Below the pieces are notes generated by a model that worked only from the letters and a program-made list of their open reading frames with translations, did no database searches and was not told where the DNA came from. This document shows positions 29,461 through 37,200 of a stretch of 64,000 bases of DNA, piece after piece. This DNA is from Dehalococcoidia bacterium (GTDB taxonomy: Bacteria; Chloroflexota; Dehalococcoidia; SZUA-161; SpSt-899), in contig DAOTYO010000059.1 of NCBI GenBank assembly GCA_034434815.1, forward strand, positions 3,082 through 67,081. The letters are read 5' to 3'. A program made the position numbers and the translations under genes. Each line of letters begins with the position of its first letter. Position 1 is the stretch's first letter.

Positions 29461-30057
29461 TCACTCATGGATACCGACCCACAGATTCCAGGCCTCTTCC
29501 ATTCCTTGGCGGAAGATCTCCGCGGGGTAATAGCCGATGATCCGGCCGATCTCTTCCCCGTTCGGTCGGGTGAAGACCGTGGTCGGTACCCCGCCGATGC
29601 CATATTCCTGATAGAGGGAGGATTTGCCCGCGTTGCTCTTCACCGGGATGAAGCGTTCGTTCACGAGCGCGATCACCGCCGCATCGGTGAAGGTGTACTG
29701 ATCGAGCTTCTTGCAAGCCGGGCACACATCCGTATAGAAATTCACCATGATGGGTTTATTCTCTACCTCAGCCGTACGCAGGGCCTCGGCCCAATCCCGG
29801 ATCCACTGGATGGATTTTGGGATTGAGGGCGAATCTGAAGGGGCAACGGGGGTTGTTTCCGGAGGGGAAGAAGGGATGGTGGGGGTGACAAAGGTATCGC
29901 CGGGGGCATCGGCTGCGGGGTGCAAAGGATTGGAGCCGGCCTCGTTTGAGCACCCTTCCCCTCCGAATCCAAGCAAGGCTGTGAGGAGGGCCATCAGAGC
30001 GATGCACTTTCCGAACTCTTTGAACGGGAGAGGACGGCGCTTGGATTCTTCAGGCAT
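29461..30057 (-). CDS. Thioredoxin-family exported/lipoprotein
   Basis: Signal peptide, Pro/Thr/Ser linker, FYTDVCPACK, GVPT. Confidence 0.85.
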   Translation of the reverse strand: MPEESKRRPLPFKEFGKCIALMALLTALLGFGGEGCSNEAGSNPLHPAADAPGDTFVTPTIPSSPPETTPVAPSDSPSIPKSIQWIRDWAEALRTAEVENKPIMVNFYTDVCPACKKLDQYTFTDAAVIALVNERFIPVKSNAGKSSLYQEYGIGGVPTTVFTRPNGEEIGRIIGYYPAEIFRQGMEEAWNLWVGIHE

Positions 30058-30216
30058 ACACTGATTATATCAGAGTCTTGCCGCGGGGCCCGAGATCGCT
30101 TCTGTCGTTCTGTTTGGGATACCGTCACCTTTACCTTTGCTCTGGCCTTGTAGCGACCACGGAAGGAACCTTATCCCCTCGTCAAATTCGGGTACATATA
30201 CAAGCTCGTTTGGCGG

Positions 30217-30284
30217 ACTTAACGGCACGCGCTTCAGCCGCCGCGAAGCGAGCGGAGCGTGCCGGCTGGATGCGCTGGTTAGGC
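30217..30284 (-). mobile_element. Integron attC site (68 bp)
   Basis: Minus strand: R'' GCCTAAC, L''-side CATCCAGCCG, L'-side CGGCTGAAGC, R' GTTAAGT (RYYYAAC...GTTRRRY). The cassette gene stop lies inside R''. Confidence 0.85.
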
Positions 30285-30804
30285 AGTGGCGCTCACACTA
30301 TTGATGAAGCTGGCCACGGCCTGGCAGAAATCTTCCCAGTGGAGCATGTGTTTTCGCAGCGCCGACATTTTGAAGTTGTTCTGCTTCCCCCGCGGGAGAT
30401 ATTACCCATGACTGCACGGCGAGCCGCTTCAGAATCGATGAAGGCGTACCGGCGTGATTGATGGGAACACTTTGCGTCTGCGATCGTCCAGCGGAGGGGG
30501 CGGTCGAGAACCGTAGCCTCGTCCCCTCTGGCAAGGAGCGCATCCACCTGAGGCCCGGCTCCCTTCGCGAGTTGCCGATCCCCACACCTCCCATGCGCTG
30601 GCCGCCAAAAACCTTGACCTCGATCCATCTTACCGTGGGTCCACTCTCCGTGTCGATGAGAACCGCAATGTCGAAGCCGAACCTTGGGAGTATGACCGCT
30701 TTCTGTGCGTGGTTCTTCAGCGCAAGCTTCACGACCTCTCGGACTGCGGACTCGAACCGCTCCTCTGGATAGACATCTTTGGGCTCGTCCAAAGACATGG
30801 CCAT
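30279..30804 (-). pseudogene. Integron cassette gene, possible PD-(D/E)XK nuclease fold, two frameshifts
   Basis: RBS GGAGG. Three frame segments join into one protein: MAMSLDEPK...FDIAVLI...IEVK...GN / GPQVDALL...ISRG / KQNNFKMS...SATA*. Shifts near 30557 and at the C5 run 30387-30391. Confidence 0.7.
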
Positions 30805-30813
30805 TTCCATCAC

Positions 30814-30975
30814 CTCCTAATAAATTAGATCGATCCGCATTAGACGCGGGACTCTTGTTTTCTAACCGTATAAGCCTCGAAATATCGCCCCGAAGGCGCG
30901 GTAAGGTTGTTCTCCGTCGTCTCTTGATGCGGACTCGGCCATTTATCCGGGAATGTTATGCGGATCGGCATAAGA
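30814..30975 (-). mobile_element. Putative attI / integron control region downstream of intI
   Basis: TCTAAT-TT-ATTAGG at the cassette start (TTAGG complements the attC R''), 12-bp inverted repeat CGATCCGCAT(T/A)A, palindrome TTATGCGGATCGGCATAA. Confidence 0.55.
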
Positions 30976-30985
30976 GCCTTTTCCC

Positions 30986-31149
30986 CTATAACCCGTCCAC
31001 TGGACTACGCACACCAGAAGGCCCGCGGTTCAGGATATGGGGATGAATCATGGCGGTGCTCGTATCCTTGTGCCCCGTAATTCTTGCACGGCCCGAAGAT
31101 CATGGCCGCCTTCAAACAAATGGGTCGCAAAGGAATGCGGGGAGGTATG
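30986..31149 (-). pseudogene. intI: Integron integrase 3' fragment (dead)
   Basis: [24 protein letters not shown] / [29 protein letters not shown]. IntI-type C-terminus with a 1-nt deletion; catalytic Arg->Pro and Tyr->His. Confidence 0.8.
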
Positions 31150-31154
31150 ATAAG

Positions 31155-31227
31155 TGGAGCTGAGGAGATTCGAACTCCTGACCTCCTGCGTGCAAAGCAG
31201 GCGCTCTCCCAGCTAAGCTACAGCCCC
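31155..31227 (-). tRNA. tRNA-Ala(TGC); CCA not encoded
   Basis: GGGGCTGTAGCTTAGCTGGGAGAGCGCCTGCTTTGCACGCAGGAGGTCAGGAGTTCGAATCTCCTCAGCTCCA, G3:U70 pair; upstream TTTACA-N17-TAAAAT. Confidence 0.97.
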
Positions 31228-31343
31228 ACGTTCAGATTTTATTTTAGCCTCAAAATCCATCCGTGTAAATTGGGCCTATGGGAGGGCTCTCTGCGGTGAG
31301 CGATTTCCCGCAGTGCATCGAGCGCCGTGCGCTCTTGCAACCT

Positions 31344-32054
31344 CTAGATCGCCAGCCCGTGCTCCCGGAGCAGCGCCCGATCGGCCAGGATCCGGGCGGT
31401 GGGGCCGTCGGCGGCGATGCGGCCCTGATCCAAGATGATGCACCGCTCGCACAGCGTTCCGATCACTTCGAGATCGTGAGAGGTGATGATCCGGGTCATG
31501 GGCAGACTCCGGATGAGTTCGATGAAGGCCCATTTGGCCCGCGGGTCGAGGTTGCTCGTAGGCTCGTCCACTACGAGGATCTCCGGGTCCATGGCGAGCA
31601 CGGTGGCGATGGCGATGCGTTTCTTCTCCCCGATGCTCAAATGATGCGGCGAACGTTTCTCGTATCCGTTCATTCCCACCGCTCCGAGCGCCCGTTTCAC
31701 TCGCGCCTCTGTTTCTTCGGTCGAACACCCCATGTTGATCGGCCCGAAGGCCACGTCATCGAACACCGTGGGCGAAAAGAGCTGATCATCGGGGTTCTGG
31801 AAGACAAGCCCCACCTTGCTCCGCACCCATTTGAGGTTCTTTTTCTCCACCGGAACGCCCAAGATCTTGACGGCGCCGTTGCGGCTCTCGAGGATGCCGT
31901 TCAAGTGGAGGAGCAATGTGGATTTGCCGGCCCCGTTCGGCCCGATGAGCGCCACCGTCTGACCGATGGGGATGGAAAGGGTGATGCCCTGAAGCGCCCA
32001 TTGGCCATCGGGATAGCGGAAGGAAAGATCCGTGAGTTCGACAGCGTGATCCAT
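31344..32054 (-). CDS. cbiO: ECF Co/Ni transporter ATPase
   Basis: GPNGAGKST, FQNPDDQ, LSIGEKKR, VVDEPT, HD. Confidence 0.9.
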   Translation of the reverse strand: MDHAVELTDLSFRYPDGQWALQGITLSIPIGQTVALIGPNGAGKSTLLLHLNGILESRNGAVKILGVPVEKKNLKWVRSKVGLVFQNPDDQLFSPTVFDDVAFGPINMGCSTEETEARVKRALGAVGMNGYEKRSPHHLSIGEKKRIAIATVLAMDPEILVVDEPTSNLDPRAKWAFIELIRSLPMTRIITSHDLEVIGTLCERCIILDQGRIAADGPTARILADRALLREHGLAI

Positions 32055-32072
32055 AGCTCCGCCCGTGCAAGT

Positions 32073-32843
32073 TCAATACGGATAGAGGGCGATCGCGATC
32101 ACAGCGGAGGAGAAAATGGCGCCGAAATGCACATCGGCGGGCCGGAGGCGCAGGCGCGAGGATGCCTTCACCCGCCCTTCGAATCCGCGGGCGAGCATCG
32201 CGGCATAGACCCTTTCCGCCCGTTCATAGCTCCGAATGAAGAGGGTGCCGATCATGTTGCCGATGCTTCGCAGTTGATGCCGGCGCCCGCCGCCGAAGTT
32301 CCGGCTATCCCGTGCTTGCCGCAGGCGCCCCACTTCCTCCACTAGAACGAAAAGATAGCGGTACATGAAGGAGAGGATCATCACCATCACGCGGGGCAGT
32401 CCCAATCGCTCCAATCCGATGAGGAGATCCGGCAGAGGAGTGGTGGCCGAGAGAACGATCAAGCCGAGGATGGAAAGAAAGGCCTTCACCATGATCGAAA
32501 GGAAGATCTCGAAGCCCTCGCGGAAGATCGAGATGTGCCATCCCCCGAGATCGAACCCCCCCATCACCTCATCGCCCTTGAAGAAGAGATTGAACACCGC
32601 GATGAGAAGCACGAACGGCACGATGACGAGGGAGCGCTTGATCACGAAGAGAAGGGGAAGTCTGGAAAGGAAGATCACGGCGAGGATGAGTCCGCCGTAA
32701 AGGGCGAAAGCGAGGGCATGTTCGAAGGGGGTGAGGGAGACGGCGAGGAGAAAGGCAAAAGTGGTTATCAGCTTGGTCCGGGGATCGAGCCGATGGATCA
32801 GGCTATCGAGGGTTACGTACCGATCGAGGAAATCGTGCGGCAT
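32073..32843 (-). CDS. cbiQ: ECF Co/Ni transporter T component
   Basis: HRLDPRTK, MYRY, RSYERAERVYAAMLARGF. Confidence 0.9.
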   Translation of the reverse strand: MPHDFLDRYVTLDSLIHRLDPRTKLITTFAFLLAVSLTPFEHALAFALYGGLILAVIFLSRLPLLFVIKRSLVIVPFVLLIAVFNLFFKGDEVMGGFDLGGWHISIFREGFEIFLSIMVKAFLSILGLIVLSATTPLPDLLIGLERLGLPRVMVMILSFMYRYLFVLVEEVGRLRQARDSRNFGGGRRHQLRSIGNMIGTLFIRSYERAERVYAAMLARGFEGRVKASSRLRLRPADVHFGAIFSSAVIAIALYPY

Positions 32844-33137
32844 TCAGGCCCCCTCGCGCCGAAAGGCCCTCAGGACCCGGGCTCCCCCATAGACGAGGGC
32901 GAAGATCCCCACTGTTCCCACTAATCCCGCGAGGATGGTGGCCACGGACTCGTTGTGCACGCCCGGGAACACATAGTCAGCGATGATCTCATAGGGGGAA
33001 TCCTTGGCCTTCTCGATGAACCCTTTATCTTCGGCCACCTTCTCCAGCCCATCCGGCGAACTGGAGGCTAAAGGCGAAAGGAAGGCCACCAGAATGCACA
33101 GAAGCAGCGCCACATGCCACCATCTGACCCACTTCAT
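32844..33137 (-). CDS. PDGLE-domain protein (NikN/CbiN-like)
   Basis: ASSSPDGLEKVA and two TM segments. Confidence 0.88.
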   Translation of the reverse strand: MKWVRWWHVALLLCILVAFLSPLASSSPDGLEKVAEDKGFIEKAKDSPYEIIADYVFPGVHNESVATILAGLVGTVGIFALVYGGARVLRAFRREGA

Positions 33138-33147
33138 CTTCGCACCT

Positions 33148-33786
33148 CTAAACCTTTTCGATCTGAAGGAGATCGGAACGCGTCGCCCACACGAACCCGA
33201 GCACCACCGCGGTGATGAGCCCCTCGACGAGACCGATGAGGGCATGGACTCCCGCCATCGCCGGGAGGGCAACCCCCAGCGGGGAGGCATCCGAGCCGGC
33301 TAATTCGAAGGAGCACAGTACGGAAGCGATGAACACCGAGGCCCAACCGGCGGCAAATCCGCCGATGAGCGTTCCCCGTCGATCCACCCCGATCACTTTC
33401 GTGGTCAGGGTATAGACTCCGAATCCGATCCAGCACCCCGCCACCCCCATGTTCAGGACATTGGCTCCGAGCGCCAGAAGCCCTCCATCCTGAAAGATGA
33501 GACTCTGCACGAGGAGCACGCAGGCCATGACCAGAAGCCCGCCCCATGGTCCTAGAAGGATCGCGGCAAGCGCCGCTCCCAGAAGATGCCCCGAGGTGCC
33601 CCCCGCGATCGGGAAGTTCAGCATCTGGGCGGCGAAGATGAACGCCGCCATGATCCCCATGAGCGGCACATGCTTCTCACCGAGCTTCTTGCCCGCCGCT
33701 CGGGTGGCGAAGGCTACCCCTCCGGCGGAGACGGCATATGTCACCCCGATCGTGGCTCCATTCAAAAATCCATCCGGGATGTGCAT
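33148..33786 (-). CDS. cbiM: ECF Co/Ni transporter S component (CbiM/NikM)
   Basis: Metal-binding N-terminus MHIPDG, GGTSGH, HALIG. Confidence 0.92.
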   Translation of the reverse strand: MHIPDGFLNGATIGVTYAVSAGGVAFATRAAGKKLGEKHVPLMGIMAAFIFAAQMLNFPIAGGTSGHLLGAALAAILLGPWGGLLVMACVLLVQSLIFQDGGLLALGANVLNMGVAGCWIGFGVYTLTTKVIGVDRRGTLIGGFAAGWASVFIASVLCSFELAGSDASPLGVALPAMAGVHALIGLVEGLITAVVLGFVWATRSDLLQIEKV

Positions 33787-33824
33787 GGGATAATCCTCCC
33801 TTGAGCGCACTTCAGCACAGAAGT

Positions 33825-33848
33825 GTAATTGCAATCATTCGCAATTAT
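33825..33848. promoter_or_regulatory. Inverted-repeat operator overlapping the cbiM promoter
   Basis: GTAATTGC-AATCATTC-GCAATTAT; a TTGACT -35 lies just upstream on the minus strand. Confidence 0.5.
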
Positions 33849-33887
33849 GCTATCACGAGGGGCGGTTTAAGTCAAGCGTTGCGTTCG

Positions 33888-34098
33888 GCCCAAATGGGGG
33901 GCAATTGGAAAGAGGAGTGCAGAGGGGCATTCCCCTTTGGCCGGGGTTTGGGGTGACCCTAAAAAGAACCTTTGGTCGGGTTGGGTGGGATCGCCGATGC
34001 CGGATTTTCTGAGGGGAAGGGAAAGGGGATTGCGGGTCAAGTCCCGCCCGGGATGAGGGTAATAATTTGCTCCTCATGAGGGTGACGCTGTTTTTGGC
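33888..34098 (-). mobile_element. MITE copy H (divergent subfamily)
   Basis: Ends CCCAAATGGGGGGCAATTG / GACGCTGTTTTTGGC; perfect 5-bp TSD TTCGG at 33883-33887 and 34099-34103; colinear with the reverse complement of copy D. Confidence 0.8.
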
Positions 34099-34103
34099 TT
34101 CGG

Positions 34104-34144
34104 CCCGAAAGGAGCAATTGGGGGTAAGGGATTGCCGGGACCCG
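34104..34144 (+). repeat. MITE-type end plus 25-bp direct repeat (left of island)
   Basis: CCCGAAAGGAGCAATT (TIR-like) followed by GGGGGTAAGGGATTGCCGGGACCCG. Confidence 0.7.
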
Positions 34145-34194
34145 CTCAATTTATGTCGAAAGGACTTCTTAATGTGTTTGCTTGAGATAATTTA

Positions 34195-34215
34195 ATTATT
34201 CTGTTTTAGAATAAT
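34195..34215. promoter_or_regulatory. Perfect 8-5-8 inverted repeat (operator candidate)
   Basis: ATTATTCT-GTTTT-AGAATAAT in an AT-rich tract upstream of the promoter. Confidence 0.45.
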
Positions 34216-34246
34216 GATATTGTTATGCGGATTATTGAGATCTATA

Positions 34247-34275
34247 TTGACAAAACCGATTCAAGGAAATACGAT
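34247..34275 (+). promoter_or_regulatory. Sigma70-type promoter of island genes
   Basis: TTGACA-N17-TACGAT. Confidence 0.65.
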
Positions 34276-34444
34276 GAAGGAGTAATAATGGGTCATTTGA
34301 GAAGGAGGGTGTAGGGATTCTTCCCTGCCGGGGTTCAGAGTGTCTCCGAGTATAAACATCCCCAAGGTGTGGGGTTCCCGAAAGCCCGCGGAAAACGCTG
34401 CCATTTCGATATAACCAAATTCGAATTGAAAGGAGAATCAGAAC

Positions 34445-35110
34445 TTGAAAAAACTATCCATGCTCTACCGAAGAAGGCGGGTGCCTTTTCTCATCTGCTC
34501 GGGATTGATGCTTGCTGCTGTGATCGCGGGAATAACTACGGCGGCCATCGCTTTTGGGACTGAACCAACTCCCAAAGTGAATCTTTCCCCCAGTTGTACT
34601 CCCGAGACAAATTCTGAGAGAATCAGGGAATACGAACGGATCATGGCGGATTTCCAAGAGAAAACCACCGGAATGACCGACGAACAGAAACGTGCGGCGA
34701 TAGATGAACTGGACAGAGTGTTGGAAGAAAAGGGATTCATCAAGAAGTTCAGCCTGAAGGGCATGGAAACCCGGGGATCCCAGATCCTCATAGCTGGCCA
34801 AGTAGTCAAACTCCCTGCTGACGCCGAACTCAATGGTATGATTTCTTCTATAAATCCCGTCATAACCGATGGGCAAATATCGAGCGAAGCGAAATCCATT
34901 GTTCCGAGCCTGCCGGTACTGTGGATAACCCGAGGGAACTCGTACGTATGGATTGGGCTGGATTCCGGCGTGATCGTTTCGGGAATGATCTCTGCCGGCG
35001 AAGAGGGGGCCTTTGATTTTCTGAAGGAGTATTTCCCGGCTCAAGCCAGAGCTATTGATGCCCTGCCCATTCGAGATCCCGAAACACTCAAGCTCGAGGT
35101 GACGGAGTGA
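34445..35110 (+). CDS. Hypothetical membrane-anchored protein
   Basis: RBS AAAGGAG, TTG start, basic then hydrophobic N-terminus; GTGA coupling to the next gene. Confidence 0.7.
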   Translation: MKKLSMLYRRRRVPFLICSGLMLAAVIAGITTAAIAFGTEPTPKVNLSPSCTPETNSERIREYERIMADFQEKTTGMTDEQKRAAIDELDRVLEEKGFIKKFSLKGMETRGSQILIAGQVVKLPADAELNGMISSINPVITDGQISSEAKSIVPSLPVLWITRGNSYVWIGLDSGVIVSGMISAGEEGAFDFLKEYFPAQARAIDALPIRDPETLKLEVTE

Positions 35111-36132
35111 AACGGTCAATCTGGATTACGGTCATTGCAGCTATTCTGTTTGCTGAAATCCTGTCAACGGCGGTATACGCATTCGACTATGAGACTCAAC
35201 GAGATGGCGCAACCACACAGAGAAGCTATGTTTTCTGATACTGGGCTGTTTCAAATACCTCAATGTTCTGGAATACTCCCAACAACCCTCCGCCGGCCTT
35301 TGTGGCGGGAGTGCAACAGGCCATCCAGTCTTGGACAAGCACAGTGCCAAAGTTGACGTGGAGCCAGTCCACCGCTGCCCCAGATGTCACCTTTTAGATT
35401 GCAACGTTGCCTCCCGGTACCCCTGGAGCTATGGCATTCGACACGTGGGTTTGGGACTCTGTTCGGCAGGCCTATTATTGGACAAAGGCAACGGTCTATG
35501 TTGCAACTGGAGTGCACTTCACTACAGCCGGCCTAAAAGCTGACCTCTGCCACGAGATTGGTCACCTCTATGGCATCGATGATCAATACACCGTGGGCGG
35601 GTGCGCAAGCAGCCCCAATTCCATAATGCAGGGAGCACATCTTGATGGCCAAGGCAGAGTTGATTGCCAAACCTATTGCCCCCCACCAAACTATACCCCC
35701 ATCTGTATTTATGCTCCAACCAGTTGGGATACAGGAAGAGTCAATACCTACTGGGGCCAAGGAGAGGCCAAGAACTTAAGCGCCGTACCCAACGGCTCCC
35801 AAGTCATCATCACGTGGGACGACTACAGTTGGGCCGAGAACGCCTATCAGCTCTATTTCTACAAGTGGAATGGCTCATCATGGCAATATCTCACGATGGT
35901 TGCCGTGTCTAGTAACACTGGCTCTCACGATACCGTGATCAACAGAACGATCTCCTATGTCTGGACGGGATCTGGGCCCGGTAACTATTATGTTGTGGTG
36001 AAACCGTATTTCATAAAATACGGTCAATACGGAACTTCCCAAGTCAAGACGTTCACTTTGTCGCAAAAACAGCGATGGGGGTGGGGGGTAAGGGATTGCC
36101 GGGACCCGAGCGGCTTTTTCGACTTCCCGTGA
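35107..36132 (+). pseudogene. Secreted matrixin-like zinc metalloprotease with FN3-like tail, two in-frame stops
   Basis: One frame from GTG 35107: signal peptide MKRSIWITV...AVYA, TGA 35236-35238, TAG 35395-35397, HEIGHLYGID motif. Confidence 0.75.
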
Positions 36133-36146
36133 CGGCGTTTTCCGGG
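36062..36146 (+). repeat. Short MITE-related element / right direct repeat
   Basis: GCAAAAACAGCGAT (TIR-like), the same 25-mer at 36084-36108, and a possible right end GACGGCGTTTTCCGGG. Confidence 0.6.
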
Positions 36147-36212
36147 CGGCACGAGCACTGATATCGCCTTCCGGCACCGCCCGAGATCATCGAAATGGGG
36201 ACGCGCCGGGGG

Positions 36213-37127
36213 TCATATCCCTTGGCGATTCTGCCGCTCTTTGCTTCTGGGGTGTGCCTCCAGATACCGCCGGCGCATTTGCCCCTTGGTCACATGGGTG
36301 TAAACTTGCGTGCTGGAAAGATTGGCGTGCCCCAGAAGCTCTTGCACGACCCTGAGATCGGCGCCGCCGTCGAGCATGTGCGTAGCGAAGGTATGCCGCA
36401 GGGTGTGGGGATGGACCCGTTCGCTGAGGCCAACTTGCTGGGCGTATGCCTTGAGGAGGTACTGGATCCGCCGCTCGGCGATCCGCTCGCCGTATCGGTT
36501 CAGGAAAAGGGCCTTCGTCTTTCGGTTGCCTAGGAGCTTGGGTCTTCCGGTCTTCAAATATGCTTCCAACGCTGCGGCCGCGGGGGTGCCCATGAGAACC
36601 ATCCGCTCTTTTGATCCCTTTCCTCGGACCCGGATCTGCCGCGTGGCCACGTCCACTTGATTGGTGTCGAGGGAAACGATCTCGCTGAGCCTCAGTCCGG
36701 AGGCATAGAGCAACTCGAGCAAAGCGCGATCGCGAAGGCCGTAGGGGGTGGAGATATCCGGGGCTTCGATCAACGTGCGGATTTCATTTGCGGTCAGGAA
36801 ATCCGGAAGGCGTCTTTCACGTTTGGGACCGGATATTTTGCTCAGGGGGTCATCATGAATCAAGCCTTCATTGTTGAGAAACCGGAAGAAGGAGCGCAGG
36901 GCGCTCAGTTTGCGGGCCACGCTGGCCCGCACGATTCCGGAGTCCAGAAGCTCCCCCAAGTATTGGCGGACGTGCGTCGCTGAGACCTCTTCCAGTGATG
37001 GAACGCCGGTTCTCCGAAGGAAATCAAGAAAGCCGAGGACATCGGTGGAATAGTTTCTCACCGTGTAAGGGGAGAGATTGCGTTCCGTGCCCAGATGAAG
37101 GGTAAACTTCTCGAGAAACGCTTCCAT
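36213..37127 (-). CDS. xerC: Tyrosine recombinase XerC/D
   Basis: R(D)RALLELLYASGLR, GKGSKER, HPHTLRHTFATH, LLGH...TQVYT; dprA-topA-xerC synteny. Confidence 0.9.
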   Translation of the reverse strand: MEAFLEKFTLHLGTERNLSPYTVRNYSTDVLGFLDFLRRTGVPSLEEVSATHVRQYLGELLDSGIVRASVARKLSALRSFFRFLNNEGLIHDDPLSKISGPKRERRLPDFLTANEIRTLIEAPDISTPYGLRDRALLELLYASGLRLSEIVSLDTNQVDVATRQIRVRGKGSKERMVLMGTPAAAALEAYLKTGRPKLLGNRKTKALFLNRYGERIAERRIQYLLKAYAQQVGLSERVHPHTLRHTFATHMLDGGADLRVVQELLGHANLSSTQVYTHVTKGQMRRRYLEAHPRSKERQNRQGI

Positions 37128-37200
37128 GACGTTTCGCGCCCTCAAAGCAACGCTGCGATGCCGCTACATGATTCCCTTGCTGTGGGTATGGGCCCTCCGG

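Noticed and set aside
30058-30216. Second integron cassette after attC
   Set aside because: No RBS-led ORF or second attC; at most a truncated stub.
28496-31154. Intact genomic island at tRNA-Ala with an attL/attR duplication
   Set aside because: I found no duplicate of the tRNA 3' end by eye; only a remnant is supported.
33787-33887. Cobalamin riboswitch upstream of cbiM
   Set aside because: The leader is too short and B12-box motifs are absent.
34288-34314. 8-aa leader peptide MGHLRRRV and possible riboswitch at 34315-34420
   Set aside because: It has an RBS, but no attenuator structure or recognisable aptamer follows.
35236-35397. Selenocysteine/pyrrolysine recoding as the primary explanation
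   Set aside because: Two different stops at non-catalytic positions, and no sel/pyl genes or clear SECIS in the window.
36213-37127. xerC as the integrase of a mobile element or of the integron
   Set aside because: It has typical dprA-topA-xerC housekeeping synteny and lacks the IntI-specific insertion and C-terminus.
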